From contig JACRCP010000396.1 in the NCBI GenBank assembly GCA_016218965.1, positions 1 through 48,103 on the forward strand: 48,103 nt of DNA, in the 5' to 3' direction. Each line of letters begins with the position of its first letter. Positions within the stretch are counted from its first letter, which is position 1. Shown here one piece after another: positions 8,740 through 17,958 of this stretch. The notes under the pieces are model-generated. The model was not told the origin of the DNA. It saw nothing but the letters and a program-made list of their open reading frames with translations, and did not search any database. The position numbers were made by a program, and so were the translations under genes. The stretch is from Deltaproteobacteria bacterium. GTDB taxonomy: Bacteria > Myxococcota > SpSt-1050 > JACRCP01.

Positions 8740-10632
8740 ATGAAGAACTTCACCATTGGGGAGCGCCTGCGGTACGCCTTTGACAATACCATGTCCAAGG
8801 GGACCATCGCGCTCATTGGCTGGCTGGCGGTCCTTTCGGTCGTAGTCATCGCCTTCATCTCGGCCATCGTGTGGGCGGTCGGCATCGCCCCGGAGGGAAA
8901 GGGCGATTTCGCGAAGCTCCTGTGGATGAGCCTCATGCGCACGCTCGACGCCGGCACGATGGGCGGCGACGAAGGCGATTGGGCGTTCCTGTTTGCGATG
9001 CTCGGCGTCACCATCGCGGGGATCTTCATCATCTCGACGCTCATCGGCGTGCTCACCACCGGCATCGAGGCCCGGCTCGGGGCGCTCCGAAAGGGCCGCA
9101 GCAAGGTGGTCGAGCAGAACCACACGGTCATTCTCGGATGGTCCGAGGCGGTCTTCACGATCGTCTCCGAGCTCACCGTCGCCAACGAGAACCAGAAGAA
9201 CCCCTGCGTGGCGATCCTCGCCGACAAGGACAAGGTCGAGATGGAGGACACCATCCGCGACAAGGTCGGCGACACCAAAAACACGCGTGTCGTCTGCCGC
9301 ACCGGCAGCCCGATCGATCTCAACGACCTCGACATCATCGGCATCCACTCATCGAAGTCGATCGTCGTCCTCGCCCCCGACGTGGCGGACCCGGACCCCG
9401 AGGTGGTCAAAGTGGTCCTCGCAATCACAAACCACCCCTTCCGCCGGCAGGAGCCGTACCACATCGTGGCCGAGCTGCACGACCCCAGAAACGTCGAAGT
9501 CGCGAAGATGGTCGGAAAGGACGAGGTCGAGGTCGTCCTCGTCTCGGACCTGGTCGCGAGGGTTATCGCCCAGACGTGCCGGCAGTCGGGACTGTCGGTC
9601 GTGTACCAGGAGCTCCTGGACTTCGGCGGTGACGAGATCTACTTCTTCGACGATCCCGCGCTCGTCGGAAAAAAGTTCGGCGACACGCTCAACCTCTTCC
9701 CGGAATCCACGGTCATGGGCTGGCACCCGCACGACGGCGCCCCGGCGCTCAATCCGCCAATGGATACCGTCCTGCGCGCCGGTGATCGGCTCGTGGTGAT
9801 TGCGGAGGACGACGACACGACGAAGATCGGCGCGGCCGCTCCCCGGGTGGACACCGCCGCCTTCTCGGACGCTCCCGTCCCGCCGCCCGCCCCCGAAAAG
9901 ACGATCATCCTCGGGTGGAACTGGCGCGCGCCGATCCTAATCAACCAGCTCGACGCCTACGTCGCCCCCGGCTCCCTGGTGACGGTGGTATCCACCAACC
10001 CCGACGCGACCGCGCAGTTCAAGAAGCTCTGCACCGACCTCAAGAACCTCAAGGCGGAAATCCGCGAGGGCGACCCCGCCGACCGCCGCCTGCTCGACTC
10101 GCTTAACATCCCCGGCTATCACCACGTCATCCTGCTCTCGAACTCCGACACGATGACCCCCGAGGCGGCCGACGCGCACACGCTCTTCACGCTCCTTCAC
10201 CTCCGCGACATCGCCGACAAGTTCGGAAAGTCGTTCTCGATCGTGAGCGAGATGCTCGACGTGAAGAACCGCGAGCTCGCAGAGGTGACGCGGGTGGACG
10301 ACTTCATCGTGAGCGACCGTCTGGTGAGCCTGATGCTCACACAAGTCTCCGAGAACAAACACTTGAACGCGGTCTTTGCCGACGTCTTCGACCCGGAGGG
10401 ATCCGAGATCTACCTCAAGCCCGTCGAGCGCTACGTGAAGACGGGCGTCCCGGTGAACTTCGCGACCGTGGTCGAATCCGGCAGGCAGAAGAGCGAGCTT
10501 GCCATCGGCTGGTCAATCAAGGTCCACGCCCATGACGCGTCAAAGGCCTACGGCGTGCGGACCAACCCCAAAAAGGACGAGACCGTCACCTTCGCCCAGG
10601 GCGACAAGGTCATCGCCGTCGCCGAGTCGTAG
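8740..10632 (+). CDS. CASTOR/POLLUX (DMI1)-like ion channel with tandem RCK/TrkA-like domains
   Basis: ATG at 8740 with GAGGAG RBS. Two TM segments flank a pore-like region (MRTLDAGTMGGDEGDW), followed by two RCK-like domains (HTVILGW..., KTIILGWNW...). Confidence 0.8.
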   Translation: MKNFTIGERLRYAFDNTMSKGTIALIGWLAVLSVVVIAFISAIVWAVGIAPEGKGDFAKLLWMSLMRTLDAGTMGGDEGDWAFLFAMLGVTIAGIFIISTLIGVLTTGIEARLGALRKGRSKVVEQNHTVILGWSEAVFTIVSELTVANENQKNPCVAILADKDKVEMEDTIRDKVGDTKNTRVVCRTGSPIDLNDLDIIGIHSSKSIVVLAPDVADPDPEVVKVVLAITNHPFRRQEPYHIVAELHDPRNVEVAKMVGKDEVEVVLVSDLVARVIAQTCRQSGLSVVYQELLDFGGDEIYFFDDPALVGKKFGDTLNLFPESTVMGWHPHDGAPALNPPMDTVLRAGDRLVVIAEDDDTTKIGAAAPRVDTAAFSDAPVPPPAPEKTIILGWNWRAPILINQLDAYVAPGSLVTVVSTNPDATAQFKKLCTDLKNLKAEIREGDPADRRLLDSLNIPGYHHVILLSNSDTMTPEAADAHTLFTLLHLRDIADKFGKSFSIVSEMLDVKNRELAEVTRVDDFIVSDRLVSLMLTQVSENKHLNAVFADVFDPEGSEIYLKPVERYVKTGVPVNFATVVESGRQKSELAIGWSIKVHAHDASKAYGVRTNPKKDETVTFAQGDKVIAVAES

Positions 10633-10642
10633 GCAGGCCGCA

Positions 10643-11641
10643 TCATTCGAAAACGGCCGCCATGATGGCGACGAGATGCGCGACGTCCTGGACGCGGCGG
10701 AACGACCCGGCGTTGACGTGCGACAAGGCCGGAGTGACCAGGAGCCGGTGACGCCCCGACCCGGCACTCCCGCGCAGTTCGGCGGATATCCTCTTCGAGT
10801 GGACCGGAGGGATGAGAGGGTCGTTTGCGTCGTGCAGAAGCAGGACCCGGCATCCGGGTCCGAACGTCCTGCCCGCCGGCGAAAGCTCGCGGAGCGTCTC
10901 GCGCGACAGGGTCTTCTCGTACAGGCGACGGAGATCGGCCGCGTTGAGCGCGCGTTCGCAGAAGGCGCGCCGCGGCGCGAGATCCCGGTCCTCGCACCAC
11001 GTGCGCAACAGACGCGCCACCTCGTCCCCATCCGCGCGGGAGATTCCGGCCCGCGTTCCGAGCGCGTGCGCCATCAGAAATCTCAGATACAGATGGTTGT
11101 CCCACTCCTCGTCCGTCCGCGGCGCTCCGGAATAGCGGTTCCAGACCCATTGAAGCGCCTCGTAAAGGGAGTGGTACGCACCGAACGATATCACGGTGTC
11201 AATCGTGCCCCGCCCCGCGTCGTCCGCCGCTGCGGTGAGCGAGATACCGGCCCCGAAGCTGAACGCGACGATCCCGGCCGGCCGGCCGTCCAGCCGCGCC
11301 AGATGCCCCGACAAGTCGGTGATCGCCGAAAGATCGCCGCGCTCGAACCGCCCGTTCTTGAGGCCCGGAAGCTCGACTGCGGCCGCACGCACACCCCGGC
11401 GCGCCAGCGCCCGCGAAAACCCCACGAGCCGCCGGTCCATTTCGCCCGCGAGCGTCATCCCGTGAACCGTGATCCACGTCCGCGCCGCGCGCGCCGGTTC
11501 ATACAGACAGTACGACGTACCGCCCGGGGTCCGGGGGCGTCGCTCCAAAACGCCAGGACCGTCGCCCACCGCCATCGGGTCTACGACCTCAAGGAGGAAA
11601 CGCGCGGACTTCGCCAGCGACAAGACCCGCCGCGCCTTCAC
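10643..11641 (-). CDS. Alpha/beta-hydrolase fold protein
   Basis: Nucleophile-elbow-like AFSFGAG and an HG-type motif (VHGMTLAG). Its start codon overlaps the stop of the upstream rhodanese gene by 4 nt. Confidence 0.7.
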   Translation of the reverse strand: MKARRVLSLAKSARFLLEVVDPMAVGDGPGVLERRPRTPGGTSYCLYEPARAARTWITVHGMTLAGEMDRRLVGFSRALARRGVRAAAVELPGLKNGRFERGDLSAITDLSGHLARLDGRPAGIVAFSFGAGISLTAAADDAGRGTIDTVISFGAYHSLYEALQWVWNRYSGAPRTDEEWDNHLYLRFLMAHALGTRAGISRADGDEVARLLRTWCEDRDLAPRRAFCERALNAADLRRLYEKTLSRETLRELSPAGRTFGPGCRVLLLHDANDPLIPPVHSKRISAELRGSAGSGRHRLLVTPALSHVNAGSFRRVQDVAHLVAIMAAVFE

Positions 11642-12078
11642 GGTGCCCCCCTGTCAACCGGTCCGCGCCACGCCTCGATCCCGCCGGCCAGGTTCCTGAC
11701 CTTCCCGAAGCCCCGGCTCATAAGCCTTTTGGCCGCCACTTTGCTCCGGTGCCCTTTTTGACAGTACGTCACGACGTCGGCGTCGGCACTCAGCGCGGCT
11801 GCGCTTCCGGGAAGCCCGCCAAGCGGCATCAGGACGGCGCCCGGGATGCGCCCGCGCGCGAATTCGGCCGGCTCCCGGACGTCCACGATCACCACGCCCT
11901 TCCAGTCCCGAAGAAGCGACTCGAGATCGGCGGCACTGATTTCCTTGACGCCAAAAAACCTCGCCGCGTCAAATGCAAACGCCACGGCAGCGGCCGCACC
12001 GGCAACAACGACGACCGTGGCGACGACACGCACCGGACCGCCGGGTCGCGAATCAGGTTTGTCTTCCGCGGGGTTCAT
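11638..12078 (-). CDS. Membrane-anchored single-domain rhodanese (sulfurtransferase)
   Basis: N-terminal TM helix, then a rhodanese fold with active-site loop CQKGHRS and DVREPAEF. ATG at 12078. Confidence 0.75.
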   Translation of the reverse strand: MNPAEDKPDSRPGGPVRVVATVVVVAGAAAAVAFAFDAARFFGVKEISAADLESLLRDWKGVVIVDVREPAEFARGRIPGAVLMPLGGLPGSAAALSADADVVTYCQKGHRSKVAAKRLMSRGFGKVRNLAGGIEAWRGPVDRGAP

Positions 12079-12132
12079 ACCTATAATTCGGATACTAAAC
12101 CGGCAGAGGTGCCCGTGGCAACCGAACTCAGC

Positions 12133-12951
12133 ATGCTCGAACAGATCGTCGCGTTCGCCTCGGGTTTCGTGATCAAACCCGCCTACATGATCGCGATGCT
12201 CGTGTTCGTGCTGATCGTCGGGCGAAACAGCGAGCCGGACGTCCGGCAACTCGGCGCCGGAACGGCGGTTTTCCTGCTCGGGGAGGTCTTCTGCGCGGCC
12301 GACTACCTTTTTGCCGGCGGAAAAAACGTTGCACTGGAGTGGCTTCACGGCCTTGGCATGATCGCCGGCTCCGGGATTTTGTTTCTCGGCTTCATCAACA
12401 CGGCGGACCGAAGAGTGCTTTTCTTCTCGGCGCCCGGCCGCGCCTGCGCGTTGACGCGTTTCTGCGGCACCTGCGCCAAAAACACCCGGACGCCGTGCCG
12501 TTTCGAGCATCTGTTCATGTTCTTCTCGCTGTCGCTCGCGGTCGTCTCGTGCATGCCTTTCGCCTCGCCGTTCATCCAGATCGACAGGACCGTCAAGGTC
12601 TTCGGCACCGACGTCTGCCAGAACCACCCCGTTTTCCTGCAACTCTTCGAGATGCGCATCTATCCGGCGACCGCCGTGGTGCTTTTCTGTGCGTCATTTC
12701 TCGCCCTGCTCTGGATCAGGAACTCGCCGGTGGGCGTTGCGAAGTACCCTTTCGCCTTCGGCCTCGGGTTCTTTTCGTACGGTACGTTCAAGTATTTCCT
12801 GCTTGCCGCGTACCGCGAGGCCGTCGTGCGGGCCGACTTCTGGGAGGAGGTCACCGAGCTCCTCCTGACCGCCGGACTGATCATCTTCGTCGCACTTTTC
12901 CGCAAGCGCCTTTTGTTGAAAGGCTCTCACGAAACCGGGGAGGCGGCATGA
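12133..12951 (+). CDS. Polytopic integral membrane protein with conserved Cys pairs, translationally coupled to a radical SAM gene
   Basis: At least seven hydrophobic segments, plus CGTCAKNTRTPC and CQNHP motifs. The stop overlaps the rSAM start (ATGA at 12948-12951). Alternative in-frame GTG starts at 12109 and 12115, and a TATAAT lies at 12082-12087. Confidence 0.6.
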   Translation: MLEQIVAFASGFVIKPAYMIAMLVFVLIVGRNSEPDVRQLGAGTAVFLLGEVFCAADYLFAGGKNVALEWLHGLGMIAGSGILFLGFINTADRRVLFFSAPGRACALTRFCGTCAKNTRTPCRFEHLFMFFSLSLAVVSCMPFASPFIQIDRTVKVFGTDVCQNHPVFLQLFEMRIYPATAVVLFCASFLALLWIRNSPVGVAKYPFAFGLGFFSYGTFKYFLLAAYREAVVRADFWEEVTELLLTAGLIIFVALFRKRLLLKGSHETGEAA

Positions 12952-13976
12952 TTCGCGCCCGGGACGTCCTCGAAGCGGCAAAGATGGCGCGCTACGCGGC
13001 GTCATTCCTCCGGAAACGGCTGGTCCACGTCAACCTTCAACTCCTTTACGACTGCCCAATGCGATGCCGGATCTGCGACTTCTGGACCGACCGCTACCGT
13101 GACGAACCGGCGCTCACCGCCCGGCAGGTCGAGACGATCTCGGAGAACCTCGCAAGGATCGGCCCGCAGATCGTATCAATCGGCGGAGGGGAGCCGCTTT
13201 TGCATCCGCAGATTGTCGATGTCGTCCGGGCGTTGGGCTCGCGGCATTTCCCGGTGATGATCTGCAACGGCTGGTTCGTGACGCCGGCGATCGCCCGGGC
13301 GGTCTTTTCGGCGGGGGCGTACGAGGTGAGCGTGTCGGTGGACTACGCCGACCCCCGGCGGCACGACTCCCAACGCGGGGTCGAAGGGGCACACCGGCGC
13401 GCCCTCGATGCGCTGAACATTCTCAACCAGGCCCGGTCGGGGCCGTGGCAGCGCGTCCACATGATCACGGTCGTCATGGACGACAACCTCGAGGAGATCG
13501 AGCCTTTGATCCGTCTGTGCCGTTCGATGGGGATCACCTACCTCGTCACGCTGTATTCCGACAGCCGCGGGAGCAAGGAGACGCGCGCGGTGCCGCGTGA
13601 CGTGAGCGCCCGCCTCGTCGCTCTGAAACGCAGGCACCCCGAGTTCGTCGCCCTGCGCGGCTACCTCGGCAAGTTCTCGGAATCGGTCGGGTCGGGAGGG
13701 ATAGGGCCGTGTTTCGCCGGGAGGAACCTGTGCAACATAGACAACCGCGGGAACGTCGCGCTCTGCATCGACAGGATGGACGAACCCGTGGGGAACATCC
13801 TCGCCGATGACCCGCTGGTGATCGAGGAGAGGCTCCTTTCAAAGCACGAGTCGAACACCTGCCGCGCGTGCTGGACCTCGTGCCGCGGGTCCATTGAAAC
13901 GCTCATGTACGGCGGCGGTGCGCCCGCCAACCTGCTCGACTACTATCGGATGACGAGGCCTGTTGCTATCGCCTGA
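12948..13976 (+). CDS. Radical SAM enzyme with a C-terminal Cys cluster (SPASM/twitch-like)
   Basis: CPMRCRIC (CxxxCxxC) about 30 aa from the start, GGGEPLL SAM-binding motif, and C-terminal C-x2-C-x3-C plus other Cys. GGAGG RBS at 12938. Confidence 0.85.
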   Translation: MIRARDVLEAAKMARYAASFLRKRLVHVNLQLLYDCPMRCRICDFWTDRYRDEPALTARQVETISENLARIGPQIVSIGGGEPLLHPQIVDVVRALGSRHFPVMICNGWFVTPAIARAVFSAGAYEVSVSVDYADPRRHDSQRGVEGAHRRALDALNILNQARSGPWQRVHMITVVMDDNLEEIEPLIRLCRSMGITYLVTLYSDSRGSKETRAVPRDVSARLVALKRRHPEFVALRGYLGKFSESVGSGGIGPCFAGRNLCNIDNRGNVALCIDRMDEPVGNILADDPLVIEERLLSKHESNTCRACWTSCRGSIETLMYGGGAPANLLDYYRMTRPVAIA

Positions 13977-14988
13977 GACCCGCCTTCGCCGCCAGCATCG
14001 CCTCCCGCAACACCGACGCCGGGTGATTGAACGCGAGCGAAAGCCCGAGCGCGCACGCCGAGTGGCAGCGGGTGTCGCACGAGGGCTCGGGGCCGATTTG
14101 TTCGCGCCCCGCCGCCCTGATTCGGTCGAGGTCGGGCTCGGAGAGCAGGTTCCCCGCCACGCGGCCGATCTCGAGGCACGGGTAGAACACGTCGCCGACC
14201 GGGGACACAGCCAGCACGGTCGAGGGGCGGCACAGGAACTTTGAAAGGTCGCGCATGTGCTCGAGATACGCGACGGTGCCGTGGACCTTTCCGCCGCGCC
14301 TCTTCCGGGCAATCAGGAAGTCAAACAGCCGGCGGTACTCCGGGTCGCCGTCGAACCGTGCCGGGGCCTTCACGCCCAGAAGTTGCGGGCAGAGGGCGAA
14401 CCGAAAACCGCACGAGCTCGCGTATTCGTAGACGTCGTAGAGGTCCGCGAGGTTGTCTTCGGTCGCGACCGACGAGATGATGATCTCGTAACGCCTGCCG
14501 GGAAACGTACGTGCCCTCTCAATCTGCCCCAAGATGCGGGCGTGCGCCCCCGGCCCCGCTCCAAGCCAGCGATCGGCCTTGGCGGCGTCGAGGGTGTCGA
14601 GGCTGAACACGAGATGTTTGACGGCTTCGTTGATGAGCGTAAGGTGCCGCTCGACGTCGTCGCCGATCGTCGTAAGCACGACGCCGTCGAAACCCAGCGA
14701 CGGCAGGCCGCGAAGGACGTCGTTGAGCGCCGGATACCTGAGCGGCTCACCGCCGGTGAGGACCAGGAAATCGGCATAGCGCCGAATCGTTGCAAGAACC
14801 CGCAGGACCTCGGGGGCCGAAAGCACCGGTGAGGCCAGCCGGTAGTACGGCGTGCCCGTCCCGTCGCTGCAATACGGGCACCGGTAGTTGCAGGCGTAGG
14901 TGAGGTAGTACACGGCAAGAAGCGGGTGCCACCTAAGCGGGTCGCGCGTGCCCAAATGAACGAGGCTGTTTCGGAGGGTCAGGAGCAT
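13966..14988 (-). CDS. Radical SAM enzyme with a C-terminal Cys cluster, convergent with and overlapping the previous rSAM
   Basis: ATG at 14988 with AGGAG context. CNYRCPYC motif, TGGEPL, and C-terminal CDTRCHSAC. The last 11 nt overlap the 3' end of the plus-strand rSAM. Confidence 0.85.
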   Translation of the reverse strand: MLLTLRNSLVHLGTRDPLRWHPLLAVYYLTYACNYRCPYCSDGTGTPYYRLASPVLSAPEVLRVLATIRRYADFLVLTGGEPLRYPALNDVLRGLPSLGFDGVVLTTIGDDVERHLTLINEAVKHLVFSLDTLDAAKADRWLGAGPGAHARILGQIERARTFPGRRYEIIISSVATEDNLADLYDVYEYASSCGFRFALCPQLLGVKAPARFDGDPEYRRLFDFLIARKRRGGKVHGTVAYLEHMRDLSKFLCRPSTVLAVSPVGDVFYPCLEIGRVAGNLLSEPDLDRIRAAGREQIGPEPSCDTRCHSACALGLSLAFNHPASVLREAMLAAKAGLRR

Positions 14989-14998
14989 GATCCCGGCA

Positions 14999-15436
14999 TC
15001 AGCCGCGATCGAGGTGACGCGAGCCGATGGCGCCGAAGACGCCGCCCAGAGTGCCGCCGATGATCGGCCCGGCGAGCCACATCGCGATGATGAAGGTCTT
15101 GGCTTCCTCCGGATGATTGCTGGCGATGAGCATCGTAAGCGGGGGGAGAAGGACCGAAAAAAGGCCCACTGCCGCCCCGACGAAAATCCCGTCCAAAGCC
15201 GTCGCCGGGCCGGCGGCGGACCGGTGCCTGGCAACCCAGAGTCTGGTCCCGAGATCGTTGGCGACCACGGCCGAGAGACCCCCGACGACAAGCGAAAGAA
15301 CGATCCGCAGGGCATAAACCGGCCGGAACGGAATTGAAACGAGCGATCCGACCGACCACAGCACCGTCGGCACGATGCTGTACAGCGCTCCGATGAGCCT
15401 CGCCCTCCGGACGTACGCTTCGCAGATATCCTTCAC
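14999..15436 (-). CDS. Small integral membrane protein (4 predicted TM helices)
   Basis: GTG start at 15436. Highly hydrophobic 145-aa product ending 11 nt upstream of the minus-strand rSAM start. Likely co-transcribed with it. Confidence 0.5.
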   Translation of the reverse strand: MKDICEAYVRRARLIGALYSIVPTVLWSVGSLVSIPFRPVYALRIVLSLVVGGLSAVVANDLGTRLWVARHRSAAGPATALDGIFVGAAVGLFSVLLPPLTMLIASNHPEEAKTFIIAMWLAGPIIGGTLGGVFGAIGSRHLDRG

Positions 15437-15463
15437 GCGTCCCCCTTTCCGATATTCGGAAAC

Positions 15464-15955
15464 CTATTCGACGTCCGCGGCGGGGGCGGGGCGGTTTGTG
15501 CCGCCGGCGGTGAGGGCCACTGTCCCGTCGTCGCACAACTCGGTCCGGGACAGCAGCGTTCCGTCGGCCGCCAGAACGGCCAGCGCGCGTTCGCCCAGCC
15601 TCACGACATCGAATTCGGTTTCGGACCCGTCGGTGAAGATCACCCGCACGCGCACGGTGGAGTCGTCCACGCGCGCGAACTCGGCGAGCGCCCCGTCGGG
15701 GAGGGCGCCGGACGTGAGCGGGTTGTCCCCGGTCCAAAACTCGATCAGGTTGAAGACAATCGCATCGGCAAGCGCGATGACGCCGTAGACCGGGATGATC
15801 GTGAACGCCCACAGCACAAGCGTCTTTACCCACTTGTTGTCGAGGCTGTCGTTCCACTTGTACACCGTCCGAATCGCCTTGAACGACCCGAAACACGACG
15901 CGAGCGAGAGCATCAGGACCGAACCGATGAGAACCGCGGCGATGGCTCTTTTCAT
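15464..15955 (-). CDS. Lipoprotein (lipobox LSLASC) of unknown function
   Basis: Internal ATG at 15955 with GGAGG RBS gives MKRAIAAVLIGSVLMLSLASC. The mature part has a hydrophobic hairpin (LVLWAFTIIPVYGVIALADAIVF). The longer ORF upstream lacks a signal. Confidence 0.6.
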   Translation of the reverse strand: MKRAIAAVLIGSVLMLSLASCFGSFKAIRTVYKWNDSLDNKWVKTLVLWAFTIIPVYGVIALADAIVFNLIEFWTGDNPLTSGALPDGALAEFARVDDSTVRVRVIFTDGSETEFDVVRLGERALAVLAADGTLLSRTELCDDGTVALTAGGTNRPAPAADVE

Positions 15956-16106
15956 GGGCGCCTCCCTCCTTCGATTGGACTCTACCAGCATCCACTTCGA
16001 GCGCCAACCGAATTGTGGCATTTCTGTCGCGCAAACACGCAGAGACGCAAAGGCGCACGGGTGCTCGATGAATGGATTTTCGGTTGCCTCGTGATACAAT
16101 GCGACC

Positions 16107-16343
16107 ATGCCGACGGTGATGCATCTGGGACCGTACCGGTTGTTTTTCTACGCCAACGACAGAGCGGAGCCGGTCCATGTTCACGTCGAGCGCGAGGCAT
16201 CGAACGCGAAGTTCTGGCTCGGGCCGGTGCGGCTCGCACGAAACAACGGTTTCAGGCCGATCGAGTTGGGGAGAATCGAACGCCTCGTGTCGGACCACGA
16301 GGACGGGATTGCGGAGGCATGGCATGACTACTTCGGGGATTGA
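16107..16343 (+). CDS. DUF4160-family small protein
   Basis: 78 aa (MPTV...RLFFYANDRAEPVHVHVEREASNAKFWL), overlapping the downstream DUF2442-like gene by 20 nt. Confidence 0.6.
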   Translation: MPTVMHLGPYRLFFYANDRAEPVHVHVEREASNAKFWLGPVRLARNNGFRPIELGRIERLVSDHEDGIAEAWHDYFGD

Positions 16344-16704
16344 GACGGCGGGGATCAGGGCTACTGATGTCCGGGTGAACCGGGACAGTCTGAGCGTCGA
16401 TCTCTCGGACGGGCGGACCATTTCGGTGCCCCTCGCCTGGTTTCCTCGTTTGCTCCACGGGAACATGGCGGAACGGGCGAACTGGCGGCTCATCGGAATC
16501 GGCGCCGGAATTCACTGGCCCGACCTTGACGAGGACATCAGCGTCGAAGCGCTGGTGGCCGGAGTCGGGTCGCAGGAAAGCCAGCGTTCGCTGGCCGCGT
16601 GGGTCGAATCCCGGCAAAAACGAGCGCCCGGCCGGAAGACCGCGCGAAACGGGCGCCGCGGCGCGGGAAGGTGCAAAGACACCGCACGCCACATCGCGAG
16701 GTAA
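16324..16704 (+). CDS. DUF2442-family protein, the usual partner of DUF4160
   Basis: Internal ATG at 16324. Contains the conserved LSVDLSDGRTISVPLAWFPRL segment. Confidence 0.55.
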   Translation: MTTSGIETAGIRATDVRVNRDSLSVDLSDGRTISVPLAWFPRLLHGNMAERANWRLIGIGAGIHWPDLDEDISVEALVAGVGSQESQRSLAAWVESRQKRAPGRKTARNGRRGAGRCKDTARHIAR

Positions 16705-17296
16705 AGGGTCCGCGTTGCCAACTTGAGCGGGGGACCCGTCGTGGGAGAAGAAGCTCAAAGAAACGACTTTCGCATCACCAGAGCCGGGTTTTTCCAAGTG
16801 GGCGTGGTCGCCGTTCCCTTGGCGTCGTTCTCTTTGTTGTTGACGTTTTCGGCCGGTGCTGATTCTCCTTGGGGTCTGGGATACGTGATGGGCGGCGGCC
16901 TGGCGGCGGCCGCGTGGTACGTCATTGCTTTCCACGAAGTGTATTCGATCCGTTTTTCCGGGAACTCCGAGGTCACGTTGGCCTCACTGATCTGGAAAAA
17001 GCGGCTCCGGCGCGACCCTACTGAACTCGATTCCTGTCCGCGTGGAAGCGACTTTCGAGCATTTTCGCCACGATCGCGGGAGCGCTCCTCGTCGTCAGGT
17101 TCTCGCTGTCGGCGCTTGACCTTTTGCGCATCATCAATACCACGCCCGGGTGCCGCCCACGTTCGTACACTCCGCCCGGGAAAAATTTTTTTCGCCGCCG
17201 CCAGGACCCGGCCCCGCGCCGAGGCGAGACCGGAAATCGGCTTGTAAAATCGCGTGACCGTGGTACCCTTGATGTAAGGAAACAAGGAGGCAAGGA

Positions 17297-17536
17297 ATGC
17301 TTGCCAAGAAGACGTCGAAAAACCAGATCACGCTGCCCAGGGACGCGGTAAAGGAATTCCCCGGAGTCGACTACTTCGACGTGTCCGTCGCCGACGGCAG
17401 AATCTGCCTCATTCCGGTGAAGTTCGAGTCCGCGGCCGGCACCATTGAAAAGGTCCGGAAGAAGATCGCTGCGCTTGGGATCACAGAGGAAGACATCCGG
17501 AATGCGATTTCGTGGGCGAGGGGCAAACGCAGGTGA
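17297..17536 (+). CDS. AbrB/MazE/SpoVT-type antitoxin
   Basis: AAGGAGG RBS. KNQITLPRDAVKEF swapped-hairpin motif. The stop overlaps the PIN gene start (GTGA). Confidence 0.7.
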   Translation: MLAKKTSKNQITLPRDAVKEFPGVDYFDVSVADGRICLIPVKFESAAGTIEKVRKKIAALGITEEDIRNAISWARGKRR

Positions 17537-17949
17537 AACGCCTCCGGGTCGTCGTTGACACGAATGTCGTTGTTTCGGCGCTCCTCTTTCCGGGCCTCAC
17601 GGCCGGGATAAGAGAACTTTGGAAATCCGGCGCATTCACAATGCTCGCATCCGGCGAAATGTTCGCCGAGTACGTCCGCGTTCTGGCTTACCCAAAATTC
17701 GCGCTTGCCGAAAACGAAGTGCGGGCGTTGCTGGACAACGAGGTAGTGCCGTTCATCACCCCCGTCAAACCGGGTTCGAAGTTCCCCCCGACCTGCCGCG
17801 ACCCCGATGACGACAAGTTCCTGGCCTGCGCGGCCGCAGGAAGGGCGGATTTCATAGTCACCGGCGACGACGACCTGCTCGTGTTGAAAAAACACGGCCG
17901 CTGCCGCATCGTGACGGTCAAGGATGCGCTGGCACTGCTCGGAAGCTGA
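17533..17949 (+). CDS. PIN-domain toxin
   Basis: VVDTNVVVSAL N-terminal PIN signature with later acidic residues (DPDDDKFLA, TGDDD). A GTG start at 17533 is proposed; the ORF track start is 17512. Confidence 0.7.
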   Translation: MKRLRVVVDTNVVVSALLFPGLTAGIRELWKSGAFTMLASGEMFAEYVRVLAYPKFALAENEVRALLDNEVVPFITPVKPGSKFPPTCRDPDDDKFLACAAAGRADFIVTGDDDLLVLKKHGRCRIVTVKDALALLGS

Positions 17950-17958
17950 CCGCCCCGG

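Noticed and set aside
8172-9464. 430-aa minus-strand ORF overlapping the lipoprotein and channel genes
   Set aside because: Low-complexity translation. Both plus-strand genes have strong domain evidence and RBSs.
14979-16493. 504-aa minus-strand ORF spanning the rSAM start, small membrane gene and lipoprotein gene
   Set aside because: Arg-rich shadow frame. The region is better explained by three separate minus-strand genes in other frames with their own start signals.
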